This document shows positions 50,104-58,926 of a stretch of DNA of 58,926 nt, piece by piece. The stretch's first letter is position 1. The number at the start of each line of letters is the position of its first letter. Origin of the DNA: Candidatus Egerieenecus sp. (lineage in GTDB: Bacteria; Bacillota; Clostridia; Christensenellales; Aristaeellaceae); assembly GCA_048201975.1 (NCBI GenBank), contig DBFBGQ010000121.1, positions 1 through 58,926 on the forward strand, written 5' to 3'. A program made the position numbers and the translations under genes. The notes under the pieces were generated by a model. That model was not told the DNA's origin. It saw only the letters and a program-made list of their open reading frames with translations, and did no database searches.

Positions 50104-51048
50104 TCAGTACTTGATGGTGGGGTCCACCAGCGCGTAAACGATGTCCGTCAACAGGTTGGCAGCCTGCACCACCACGGCGGAGAGCAGGCAGACCCCCATG
50201 ATTACCGGATAATCCCGGCCTGTGATGGCGTTCATGGTAACCAGCCCCAATCCCGGCCAGGAGAAAATCTGCTCGATGATCACGGCGCCGCCAAACAGCG
50301 TGGGAATCTGCATGCCGATCACGGTCACGATGGGCAGCAGCGCGTTGCGCAGGGCATGCTTGTTGATAACTAGAAAGTGCCCGATCCCCTTGGCCTTGGC
50401 CGTGCGCAGATAATCCATTTCAAGAATTTCCAGCATGGCGCTGCGGATGTAACGGATGTTGCTCCCCGCCACCGAAACAGCCAGCACCACGGCAGGCATG
50501 ATCAAATGCCGCGTCACATCCCAGAAATCCCCTCCGGTGCCAGGGGTGGACATGCCGCTGGAAGGCAGCCAGCCCAACCGCACGTTAAACAGATAGATCA
50601 ATATCAGCGCCAGGAAAAAACCGGGAATGCTGCTGCCAAGGAAGGACGCCGTCACCACCGCAAAGTCCCGCTTCTGATAGCGGTGGATGGCGCTGTAAAT
50701 GCCCGCGGGCACAGCGATGAGCAGCCCCAGCACCAGCGAAACGCCCATAAGCAGCAGCGTGGGCGCCATCTGGCTGCCAATCATCTCCGCCACCGGCTGA
50801 TAGCTTTTGTAGGAATAGCCCAGGTTTCCCTGGAACAGCTGGCCCAACCAGGAGAAATACTGCACCAACACCGGCTGATCCAGGCCCAGCTGCTGGGCCT
50901 TCATGGCCACGGCCTCCTGGGTGGCCCGGGGACTGATCATCATATCCAGCGGACTGCCGGCCAGGCACATGATCAAATAATCGATCAGCGTAATCCCCAG
51001 CAGCACGGGAAGCGCCAGCAGTATCTTCTTTGCCACGTATTTCCACAT
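50104..51048 (-). CDS. Peptide ABC transporter permease (OppB/DppB-like)
   Basis: N-terminus MWKYVAKKILLALPVLLGITLIDYL is typical of OppB/DppB. ATG at 51048 lies 9 nt after AAGGAGA; the upstream extension of the ORF is rejected. Confidence 0.85.
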   Translation of the reverse strand: MWKYVAKKILLALPVLLGITLIDYLIMCLAGSPLDMMISPRATQEAVAMKAQQLGLDQPVLVQYFSWLGQLFQGNLGYSYKSYQPVAEMIGSQMAPTLLLMGVSLVLGLLIAVPAGIYSAIHRYQKRDFAVVTASFLGSSIPGFFLALILIYLFNVRLGWLPSSGMSTPGTGGDFWDVTRHLIMPAVVLAVSVAGSNIRYIRSAMLEILEMDYLRTAKAKGIGHFLVINKHALRNALLPIVTVIGMQIPTLFGGAVIIEQIFSWPGLGLVTMNAITGRDYPVIMGVCLLSAVVVQAANLLTDIVYALVDPTIKY

Positions 51049-51070
51049 GAAGCATGCTCTCCTTGCCGTA

Positions 51071-52060
51071 TCAGCGTAACTGCCCCGTCCGCAGGCAGGC
51101 CACGGACCTGCCCTGTGCACCCGCCAGCACCGTAAGCTCCGGCATGCGCTCCCGACAGGCTGCGGTGGCCATGGGACAGCGTGGCGCAAAGGGGCAACCC
51201 TGGCCGGCCTGCGTTTCCCCCACTTCCCCCGCCAGGGTAATTCTGGGGCGGTTGCGCAGGGCATAGTCCGCAATCGGCACCGCGTCCAGCAGCGCACGGG
51301 TGTAGGGATGCGCCGGATGGGCGAAGAGTTGCTCCGCATCCCCGGACTCCACCAGGCGGCCCATATACATCACGCCAATGCGGTGGCTGATGTAGCGCAC
51401 AGCGCCCAGGCCATGGCCGATAAACAGATACGTCAGGTGCAGCCGCTCCTGCAGGTCCCGCAGCAGGTTCAGGATCTGCGCCTGTACAGAAACGTCAAGA
51501 GCGCTGATGGGCTCGTCCAGCACAATCACCTGCGGCCGGAGGGACAGCGCCCTGGCAATGCAGATGCGTTGCCGCTGCCCGCCGGAAAATTCATGGGGAT
51601 AGCGGCGCTTCATCTCGGCGGGCAATCCCACCTGTTCCAATAGCTCGTCAATCTGGCGCTGTACCGTGTCCGCGGTTGCGGCGCCATGGTAGAGCATGGG
51701 CTCCCGGAGAATATCCACCACGCGCTTGCGTGGATTCAGGCTGGAGCCGCTATCCTGAAAAACCATCTGGAAACGCGGCCGCAGGGGGCGCAGCTTGCCC
51801 GGCGACAGCTGATCCACCCGCTGCCCCTCCAGGTATACTTCGCCGCCATCCAGCTTTTCCAGCCCCATGAGCAGCTTGGCTACCGTGGATTTACCGCAGC
51901 CGGACTCTCCCACCAGACCGAAGGTTTCCCCTGCATAGATATCAAAACTCACCCCGTCCACCGCGGCGTTCATCCGCCGGTGAAACAGATGGCGCTCCCC
52001 TTCCGACGGGAAGGCTTTGCGCAAATTTCTCGCGGATAAAACCGGTGTGTTATGCGCCAT
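51071..52060 (-). CDS. Peptide ABC transporter ATP-binding protein (OppF/DppF-like)
   Basis: Walker A GESGCGKST, signature FSGGQRQR, Walker B VIVLDEPISALD, and a C-terminal oligopeptide-transporter extension. Confidence 0.9.
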   Translation of the reverse strand: MAHNTPVLSARNLRKAFPSEGERHLFHRRMNAAVDGVSFDIYAGETFGLVGESGCGKSTVAKLLMGLEKLDGGEVYLEGQRVDQLSPGKLRPLRPRFQMVFQDSGSSLNPRKRVVDILREPMLYHGAATADTVQRQIDELLEQVGLPAEMKRRYPHEFSGGQRQRICIARALSLRPQVIVLDEPISALDVSVQAQILNLLRDLQERLHLTYLFIGHGLGAVRYISHRIGVMYMGRLVESGDAEQLFAHPAHPYTRALLDAVPIADYALRNRPRITLAGEVGETQAGQGCPFAPRCPMATAACRERMPELTVLAGAQGRSVACLRTGQLR

Positions 52061-53051
52061 ATGCTCCCCGTCCTTCCTGGGCTTGATAGCACCTTACCAG
52101 ATGCCCCGGCGCAGTTTCCGTTTCCCCCTGGGCTCCGGGGCAATGCTGCCCATACGGGCACCGGGGCGCGAAGCGGCAGCCGGGAAGATCCTGATATTCC
52201 TCCGGCACGTTGCCGGGTATGGAATACAGCCGCCGGTCCTTGGGATCATGGATGCCGGGCACCGCCCGCAGCAGCGCCTGGGTATAAGGATGCGCAGGAG
52301 ATTCCAGCAGCTGCTGGGTGGTGGCTTCCTCCACGCACTCCCCGGCATACATCACCACCACGCGGTCCGCCATTTCCGTCACCAGGCCGATATCATGGGT
52401 AATGAGCAGGATGGCCATACCGTATTCGTCCCGCAGCCGCTTGAGCAGCTGCATGATCTGCAATTGAATGGTCACGTCCAGGGCGGTGGTCGGTTCGTCG
52501 GCAATCAGCAGGCTGGGGTTGCAGGTCAGCGCCATGGCGATCATCACCCGTTGGCGCATGCCGCCGGAGAGCATGTGCGGATACTTGCGCATTACCGCCT
52601 CCGGCTGCGCGATGCCCGTTTTTTCCAGCAGTTCCACCGCTTTTTCCCATGCCTGCTTTCGATGCATTCCCATATGTCGGCGGAGCGTTTCCGTCATTTG
52701 GTTGCCAATGGTAAAAACCGGGTTCAGACTATACATGATATCCTGAAACACCATGGCAATCTCCCGGCCGCGGACCTGGTCCAGCTCTTTCTCGGTCATG
52801 GCGAGCAGATCGCGTCCCTTGTACAGCGCTTCGCCGCCGACCACGCGCCCATGCCGGTTCAGCAGCCGCAGCAGCGAAAGCGCCGTGATGCTCTTGCCGC
52901 ATCCGGACTCCCCCACGATGCTGACGATTTCCCCCGGGCGTACCTGGAAATGCACGTTTTCCGTGCGCTTGGTCAGCCGCTTCCCATCGGCGAAGGCGAT
53001 GTCCAAATGACGTACCTCCAGCAAGGGTTCCGCCGCGTCCATCCGCTCCAT
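52050..53051 (-). CDS. Peptide ABC transporter ATP-binding protein (OppD/DppD-like)
   Basis: Walker A GESGCGKSIT, signature LSGGMRQR, Walker B LLIADEPTTALD. The start is uncertain (53051 or 53069). Confidence 0.9.
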   Translation of the reverse strand: MERMDAAEPLLEVRHLDIAFADGKRLTKRTENVHFQVRPGEIVSIVGESGCGKSITALSLLRLLNRHGRVVGGEALYKGRDLLAMTEKELDQVRGREIAMVFQDIMYSLNPVFTIGNQMTETLRRHMGMHRKQAWEKAVELLEKTGIAQPEAVMRKYPHMLSGGMRQRVMIAMALTCNPSLLIADEPTTALDVTIQLQIMQLLKRLRDEYGMAILLITHDIGLVTEMADRVVVMYAGECVEEATTQQLLESPAHPYTQALLRAVPGIHDPKDRRLYSIPGNVPEEYQDLPGCRFAPRCPYGQHCPGAQGETETAPGHLVRCYQAQEGRGAYGA

Positions 53052-53135
53052 TCGCTCCACTCCATTCACAAGGCAAGGGCAGGCAGGGTAGCCGCCGCTC
53101 CCCTGCCTGCCGCATCATATCCCGGCAGGCCGCCC

Positions 53136-54743
53136 TTACTGGGCGATATCCCACTCGTTGACGTTGATAAAGGTGCCGAACACATTGGGCGTGGCGTTCA
53201 GCAAGCGATTGCTGGTGGCGCCCATGCTGCTGATGATGTAGGCGGAAATCATGGCTACATCCTGCTGCATGTACTGATCCACCAGCAGGTAGCGCGCGCG
53301 GATCTCCTCCACGTCGTTCAGCGCCTGGCTTTCCATCAGCGCGTTGGCGACTTCCTCGTTGACGTAGCGGGTCCAGCCATCGGCGGAGAGCAGCCAGCTC
53401 ACATCCGTGTAGGGATCCACCGGCGCGTAGGTATATTCCACGCTCATCACATCAAAGGTGCCATTGTTGGCCACATCCATCAGTGTGTTCAGGTCCACCG
53501 TCTTGATGTCGATGGTCAAGCCCAGCTCCTGGAACATGGCTGCAATGAAGCTGGCAGCCTGCACAAAGGTGGCGTCGCCGCTGTTTACGTACCACTCCAG
53601 GTGATCGCTGGCGCCGTCCGCCACGGCTTCCTGGATCAGCTGCGCGGCCTTCTCGGGGTCGTAGGGCGTCACGCCCAGGCTCTCGTCGTAGTAGGGGCTG
53701 GCGCTGCACAGGAATCCGTCCACAATTTCGCCGTTGCCGTGCACCAGCTCGTTGAGAATGGTTTCGCGGTCGATGCCGTAAAGCAGCGCCTGACGGATGC
53801 GCACGTCCGTCACACGTTCCACGTTGAAGAAAATGGACTGATTGGTGATGGGCGTTCCCATGTGCACCGTCACGTTGGACAGGGCGCGCACGCTGTCATA
53901 ATCCTCCAGGAGGATGTTGCCCATGGTCTGCTGCACCAGGTCAATCTCCCCGGACTGCAGGCCGCTGAGCAGCTGCGCGGATTCCAGCACATTGATGTTC
54001 AGGTACTTGATCTTCGCCTCGCCCATCCAGTAGTCCGGGTTGGACTCGTAATGCACGTAATGGTTCAGGTCGAAATCCTTCACGAAGTACGGGCCGCTGA
54101 TCACGTCGGCGCTGTTGAACCAATCATAGGTGAGCAGCTCCGCCTTGGGCACCTGGCCCAGGATGTGCTCCGGCAGCGTCAGCACGTACCGGCCGTAGTT
54201 GTTTTCGAAGGTATAGAGGGCGATGGGCCACTTGGTGGTGACCGTCAGGGTCTTGTCGTCGACGATCTTCACGCCGCTGATCTCGGTGGCACCACTCTCC
54301 ACCATGCCGGCGTCGTCCGTGCCCTCAATGGCATACATGGCCATGCCGGCGTTAAAGCTCTCCGGGCTGGCCAGGCACAGCAGGGTGAAGGCCACGTCCT
54401 TGGCAGTCACAGGCGTGCCGTCGGACCAGGTAGCCGCTTCTTGCAGCTTGATGGTGAAGGTCAGGTTATCCTCGGTGGTAATGGACTCAGCCAGCTGGGG
54501 CACAAACTCCAGGTCGCTGTTGAGCTCCACCAGGGGCAGGAATACCAGGGAGTTGGCGTACTTGAGCACCTCCGTGGCGCCCATGAGCAGAGGATTCAGG
54601 GAACCGATGGTGCCGGTGACGGCGATGTTCACCGTTTTGTTGTTCTCCTCCGCCGCAGCGCCGCCCGCCAGGCCCAGGGTCATGACCAGGGCCAAGCACA
54701 GCGCAAGCAGCCTGCGGGTGATGTGCCTTGAACTGTTTTTCAT
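53136..54743 (-). CDS. ABC transporter substrate-binding protein, family 5 (peptide/nickel type), lipoprotein or secreted
   Basis: Signal sequence MKNSSRHITRRLLALCLALVMTLGLAGG. Family-5 SBP length and pattern. ATGA overlap with the upstream M20 gene stop. Confidence 0.9.
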   Translation of the reverse strand: MKNSSRHITRRLLALCLALVMTLGLAGGAAAEENNKTVNIAVTGTIGSLNPLLMGATEVLKYANSLVFLPLVELNSDLEFVPQLAESITTEDNLTFTIKLQEAATWSDGTPVTAKDVAFTLLCLASPESFNAGMAMYAIEGTDDAGMVESGATEISGVKIVDDKTLTVTTKWPIALYTFENNYGRYVLTLPEHILGQVPKAELLTYDWFNSADVISGPYFVKDFDLNHYVHYESNPDYWMGEAKIKYLNINVLESAQLLSGLQSGEIDLVQQTMGNILLEDYDSVRALSNVTVHMGTPITNQSIFFNVERVTDVRIRQALLYGIDRETILNELVHGNGEIVDGFLCSASPYYDESLGVTPYDPEKAAQLIQEAVADGASDHLEWYVNSGDATFVQAASFIAAMFQELGLTIDIKTVDLNTLMDVANNGTFDVMSVEYTYAPVDPYTDVSWLLSADGWTRYVNEEVANALMESQALNDVEEIRARYLLVDQYMQQDVAMISAYIISSMGATSNRLLNATPNVFGTFINVNEWDIAQ

Positions 54744-55906
54744 CCTTGCGTTCCTCCTTGTTTTTGATCGCCGTTGGCTTTCAGGCAAGCCTGCGCCAAC
54801 GCCGCAAAATAGCGCGCCGCGGGTTCAAGCGCGGCGGGATCAACGGTAAACTTCGGGTGGTGCCCCGGATAGCCGCCTCCCGTGCCCACCCGGACGAACA
54901 AACCGGGGGCTTTTTCCAGGTAGCAGCTAAAATCTTCCCCGCCCATGGTATCTTCCTGACGGTCCACGGAAAAGCCCATTGCCAGCGCGATTTTGCGCGC
55001 CAGGCCGCACAGGGCTCCGTCGTTGACCACGGCGGGCGGACCGTGGAACCATTCCACCGACGCTTGCGCGCCATAGGCTGCCGCAACCTCCGACGCCATG
55101 CGGCGCAGTCCCGCCTCCATCAGCGTCCGCGCCTGCGGGGAAAGCGTACGCACCGTGCCCTCCAGGTATGCGCGCTGGGGAATCACGTTCCAGGTGTTGC
55201 CAGCCTCCACGTGGGTAACGCTGAGCACCGCCGGCGTAAAGGGATCCAGCGTCCGGCTGACCAGGGTTTGCAGGCTCTGCACCAGCGCGGCCTGGACCAC
55301 CACGGGATCCACGCCCTTGTGAGGTTGCGCGCCGTGAGCGCCGCGGCCCGTAATCGTAATGGCGAAGCGGTCCACCGCCGCCATCACCGGCCCCTCCTTG
55401 ATACCCAGCGTGCCGCTGGAGAAGCCGGGGTAGGAATGGATGCCCAGATAAAGCGCAACATCCTCCAATAGCCCCGTGGCCAACACCTGCGGCGCGCCCC
55501 GAGCCAACTCTTCTCCCGGCTGGAAGATGACCTTCACCGTGCCAGGAAGCTCCTGCCGCGCCTCTTGCAGCAGCCATGCGGCGCCCACCATGACCGCCGT
55601 GTGGAAATCATGGCCGCAGGCATGCATGCATCCGGGAGTAACGGAAGCGTACGCAAGGCCGCTCTCCTCCTGAATGGGCAGCGCGTCGATATCGCATCGC
55701 AGGGCGATCACCGGGCCCGGATGCTCACCGGATATGCGGGCGATTAAGCCTGTTTCCAGCCCGCCGTCTTCAACGTCAATGCCGGCCTGCCGCAGCTCCT
55801 CGCGCACCCGCCGGGTGGTTTCCCGCTCCTGAAAGCTCAGCTCCGGATGGCTGTGCAGCCATTCCAGCAGCGCCCGTAGCCGCGCCGCAAGCATTGCCTG
55901 ATCCAC
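54740..55906 (-). CDS. M20D-family amidohydrolase (N-acyl-L-amino acid amidohydrolase/hippuricase-like)
   Basis: HACGHDFH metal-binding motif and HPELSFQE near the N-terminus. The start is GTG 55906 or ATG 55894. Confidence 0.85.
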   Translation of the reverse strand: MDQAMLAARLRALLEWLHSHPELSFQERETTRRVREELRQAGIDVEDGGLETGLIARISGEHPGPVIALRCDIDALPIQEESGLAYASVTPGCMHACGHDFHTAVMVGAAWLLQEARQELPGTVKVIFQPGEELARGAPQVLATGLLEDVALYLGIHSYPGFSSGTLGIKEGPVMAAVDRFAITITGRGAHGAQPHKGVDPVVVQAALVQSLQTLVSRTLDPFTPAVLSVTHVEAGNTWNVIPQRAYLEGTVRTLSPQARTLMEAGLRRMASEVAAAYGAQASVEWFHGPPAVVNDGALCGLARKIALAMGFSVDRQEDTMGGEDFSCYLEKAPGLFVRVGTGGGYPGHHPKFTVDPAALEPAARYFAALAQACLKANGDQKQGGTQG

Positions 55907-56200
55907 GCAAACGCCGCCTTTCGTTGAAGTGGAATGCGCAAAGAAAAACGGCACAAAGACAAATCCCTTTTTACATAAAAAGGGCGTGACTTTGCGCCGT
56001 CAATCACGGTATACGCAAGCATACCGCGTGCTTCACCGATGCACAGATAGAATCTGCTTTCTTCACCGGAATGGCAGGTTGAGCGCAAGTCCTATGCGCA
56101 TACAGGTACAGAAACACGTCTTAAAAGCGGGTTCTGAAAGCTGTTTCCGCATATGGCTAGGCCCCCCTTCCAAACACTCCAGGAATACTTAGCAAGAAGC

Positions 56201-56229
56201 ATAATAGCATTCTGCAACCGCTTTGTCAA
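56201..56229 (-). promoter_or_regulatory. Candidate promoter of the M20-opp-C39-GH29 cluster (TTGACA-17-TATTAT)
   Basis: Read on the minus strand, about 290 nt upstream of the M20 gene start. Confidence 0.5.
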
Positions 56230-56299
56230 GAGATGGATTTTCCTGGCAATGTATATTCTTTGTATCCCCTGAGTCCCCACTCCTTTGGCCGTTTCCGTT

Positions 56300-57211
56300 T
56301 TATGGTTTCAACTGCGCGTCCGTACAGGCAGACTGCACATAACCGTCCAAATTTTCCATCTGTACATGATACCATTCGCCGCAGACGCCCAGCACGGTCA
56401 TGCCCGCCCCTAAATGTATAGGCTCAAACGCCTTGCCGGTGGACGCCGGTTGCACGTAGAGCGCATGGTCTGTCGTTGAAAAAACGGTGGGCGTAGCCAG
56501 CTCAACCTCATAAGCGGATAAAAATTTTGCTTGCATGTAGCCCGTCGCGAGTTCGCCAATGCGTACCCGAACCCAACCGTTTTCTGCGAGATCCAGGATT
56601 TCAACCTTCACCCCATTGTAATACTTTCCCAGAGAAGCGGCACTGGCCGAGGGTTTTGTGCGCAGGTTTAACCGGTCGGCACTGTCGGGATTGCTGACCC
56701 AAGCCACGCTTTTCGTTATGGCGTTTTCCTCCAGAAGCGAAGAGAGGGACGTATGAACAAAACCGGTACAGTCATAGCCCGGTACATAAACGTGGCACCA
56801 AGCGCCGTTGAACCCCATAATCATCATCCGGGTATATCCTGAAAGCTGTTGTGAAGTGCTGCTTGTGTCGGGCAAAGCAAACAGCAGCAATCCTTGCCAG
56901 GGACATTCTACCTCCGGCATAGCGCTCGCCTGAAGGCTCTGACTGAGATATTGGGTATCCATATATCCGCTCAAAGGGCCAACCTCCACCTTGGCCCAGC
57001 CTTTGGCATCGGTTTGAAGCACCGTCACAGATGTGCCATTGTAATACTTTCCCAGGGAAGTTGCCGACGTAGATGGCGCTACGCGCAGATGCAGCCGGTC
57101 TTCCGGGTCAGGATTTGCAACCACCAGGGTATACTCCCCCAGCGCTTCACCAACGCAGCAGCATAGCAGCCACGCAATACATAGCACATACAGCACCCTT
57201 TTCCTCTTCAT
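56300..57211 (-). CDS. Secreted protein with tandem bacterial SH3-like repeats
   Basis: Signal peptide MKRKRVLYVLCIAWLLCCC. Repeated LRVAPSTSATSLGKYYNGTSVTVL...GWAKV and LRTKPSASAASLGKYYNGVKVEIL...GWVRV units. Confidence 0.75.
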   Translation of the reverse strand: MKRKRVLYVLCIAWLLCCCVGEALGEYTLVVANPDPEDRLHLRVAPSTSATSLGKYYNGTSVTVLQTDAKGWAKVEVGPLSGYMDTQYLSQSLQASAMPEVECPWQGLLLFALPDTSSTSQQLSGYTRMMIMGFNGAWCHVYVPGYDCTGFVHTSLSSLLEENAITKSVAWVSNPDSADRLNLRTKPSASAASLGKYYNGVKVEILDLAENGWVRVRIGELATGYMQAKFLSAYEVELATPTVFSTTDHALYVQPASTGKAFEPIHLGAGMTVLGVCGEWYHVQMENLDGYVQSACTDAQLKP

Positions 57212-57266
57212 AATAACCCCCCCCTACGTTGCTATCCATACAACGCGGGAGGCATGGGAATTATTG

Positions 57267-58670
57267 CTATGCGTTTTGCTTTTCTTTTTCGTGGCGGCTC
57301 ATCTGATCGTTCAGGAGGTTGATATCTCCACAGCCCATGGTGATGACCAGATCCCCCGGTTGCCAATGGCTTCGCAGATAGGCCTCCGTGTCATCGAAGG
57401 ATGGCGTCCAAACGGCGTTTATGCCATGCCTGCGCATTCCATCCACCAGCATGCCGGAATGAATATCCCCCGGGTCTTTCTCCCTGGCGGCGCAGATATC
57501 GGTCACCAGGGTAAAGTCCGCCGCCTGGGTACAGGTCAGGTATTCGTCGAAGAGCCGCTTCACCCGGCTATACGTGTGGGGCTGCATCACCGCCCACAGC
57601 CGTCCTTTGCACCGAAGCCTTGCCACGGAAAGCACGCTGCGCATCTCCGCCGGATTGTGGCCGTAATCGTGGAAAATTTCCACTCCGTCGATGGTGTCCG
57701 TCAGTTCAAACCGGCGATGCGCTCCCGCAAAGCGAGCCAGGGCCTGGGCAGCCGCTTCCGGCTCCACCCCCAGGGCCTGGGCAGCCGCCAGCGCCGCCAG
57801 GGCATGCATTACGTTAAAGGAACCCGGCACTTTCAGCTTCACATGGCAAAGAGCCTGATTCCCATGCATCAGCTGAAAGTCTCCGTGGCCTTCGCCGTCA
57901 TACCGCAAATCGGCCGGATACCAGTCGCTGTCCGCATCCATCCCAAAGGTTTCATGGGCGCAGGACAGCCGCGCCAGTTCCGCGCGCACCCGTGGATCAT
58001 CCCCATTGCCCAACGCCTTGCCATGGGGCGGCAACAGTTCCAGGAAATGACGGAAGGACGCCTGAATATCGTCGATATCCTTATAAAAATCCAGGTGGTC
58101 CTCCTCGATGTTGGTAACCACCGCCATGGTGGGATGCATATGATGGAAGCTGGCCTTGAATTCGCAGGCTTCCGCCAGAAAGGTGTCCCCCTCCCCAATG
58201 CGCGTGCTGCCGCCGATTGCGTCCAGCTGCCCGCCGATATGCACCGTGGGATCCTTGCCGCACTCCACCAGAATCTGGGACAACATAGAGGTGGTGGTGG
58301 TTTTGCCATGCGTACCGCACACGCCCACCGCCTGGGCGTAGCCTTCCATGAGCTGCCCCAGCAATTCCGCGCGCTCCATATTGGGCAGGCCCAACCGCTC
58401 CACTTCCATGCGCTCAGGGTTATCCGGCAGGATCGCGGCGGTGTACACCACCAGATCCGCGCCATGGACGTTTTCCGCCCGGTGGCCCACAACAACCTCC
58501 ACGCCCAGCTGGCGCAGCTTATCCAGGGCATATCCGTTGACGCGGTCCGAACCGGAAATACGGTAGCCTTCCTTCAGCAGCATTTCCGCCAGGCCGGACA
58601 TGCTGGAGCCGCCAATGCCAATCATATGGATGTGCTTGCCCTGAAAGTCCCGAATCTGAGGCTGCGTCAT
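57267..58670 (-). CDS. murC: UDP-N-acetylmuramate--L-alanine ligase
   Basis: GIGGSSMSGLAE and GTHGKTTTTSM motifs, with the Mur ligase domain order. Confidence 0.95.
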   Translation of the reverse strand: MTQPQIRDFQGKHIHMIGIGGSSMSGLAEMLLKEGYRISGSDRVNGYALDKLRQLGVEVVVGHRAENVHGADLVVYTAAILPDNPERMEVERLGLPNMERAELLGQLMEGYAQAVGVCGTHGKTTTTSMLSQILVECGKDPTVHIGGQLDAIGGSTRIGEGDTFLAEACEFKASFHHMHPTMAVVTNIEEDHLDFYKDIDDIQASFRHFLELLPPHGKALGNGDDPRVRAELARLSCAHETFGMDADSDWYPADLRYDGEGHGDFQLMHGNQALCHVKLKVPGSFNVMHALAALAAAQALGVEPEAAAQALARFAGAHRRFELTDTIDGVEIFHDYGHNPAEMRSVLSVARLRCKGRLWAVMQPHTYSRVKRLFDEYLTCTQAADFTLVTDICAAREKDPGDIHSGMLVDGMRRHGINAVWTPSFDDTEAYLRSHWQPGDLVITMGCGDINLLNDQMSRHEKEKQNA

Positions 58671-58926
58671 GGCTCAACCACGCCTCTCTCTCGCTATACT
58701 TGACGATCTTTCGCCGTGCCTATTATATACCATCCCGCGATAGTTTAGCAATAGTCCGCGCAGCGCCGGCGATTTTCCATGAAAACAGTAAACATCCACC
58801 GGCCAAGCCGGTGGCTTTTCATATGCGGGCATAGCCCTAGATTCTCGCATGCGCCCTCGCAGGCGCAAGTACGGCCTGCCAATTGCTTAGGCTTGCTCCA
58901 GTGGCCCGTAAACGGGCTTATTCCTT

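Noticed and set aside
52017-54731. 904-codon ORF on the plus strand spanning the oppD-like gene, an intergenic gap and the binding-protein gene
   Set aside because: It is antisense to two genes with unambiguous ABC and family-5 SBP motifs. Its product is a monotonous H/R/G/A/V/Q/L-rich sequence with no recognisable motif. In high-G+C genes that avoid TTA, CTA and TCA codons, the complementary frame lacks stop codons, so long antisense ORFs are expected.
55981-56060. Possible T-box element (GGTGAAGCACGCGG) in the M20-opp leader
   Set aside because: It does not align with the GGGTGGTACCGCG T-box core without indels. I could find no specifier-loop, AGAGA or GNUGGA features, so it is not called as a T-box.
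57264-58703. 479-codon plus-strand ORF exactly mirroring murC
   Set aside because: murC on the minus strand carries the Mur ligase motifs. The mirror ORF is a compositional shadow.
58671-58926. Several short hairpins (CCACCGG-ccaa-GCCGGTGG, TGCGCC-ctcgca-GGCGCA, GCCCG-taaa-CGGGC) upstream of murC at the right edge
   Set aside because: They could be the terminator of the next gene or part of a structured RNA. The window ends inside the region, and it matches no RNA family I can recognise (not tmRNA, SRP, RNase P or 6S ends).

Overview
A 58.9-kb chromosomal segment from a high-G+C, Gram-positive (Clostridia-like) genome. The assignment rests on strong GGAGG ribosome-binding sites and on Firmicutes synteny blocks: secG-yerC-pcrA-ligA, purR-glmU-pth-mfd, argCJBD, lexA with a Cheo-type SOS box, and murC. 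About 55 protein-coding genes are supported by recognisable motifs. I found no rRNA, tRNA or CRISPR array. Most of the window is housekeeping. Accessory or unusual content: (1) an eight-gene minus-strand cluster (47077-55906) joining an Opp/Dpp-type peptide ABC importer to a cytoplasmic GH29 alpha-L-fucosidase, an M20D amidohydrolase and a stand-alone C39-like cysteine peptidase; I propose it as a candidate glycopeptide or glyco-amino-acid salvage system; (2) a LytTR-type two-component pair with 21-bp-phased direct repeats in front of a divergent gene for a large secreted protein of unknown function; (3) a lower-G+C island (about 15.07-17.58 kb) with an uncharacterised gene pair, an IS256-family remnant and a 5'-truncated GH13 gene; (4) gene decay, comprising a frameshifted ABC exporter, a truncated and degenerate glmU-like gene with prs missing, and IS3-like debris at the left edge; (5) a cysteine-rich small ORF divergent from lexA across the SOS box, next to a tyrosine recombinase preceded by a perfect 12-bp inverted repeat. 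The many very long ORFs antisense to recognised genes are treated as compositional artefacts. All functional calls come from motif recognition by eye; no database search was run.
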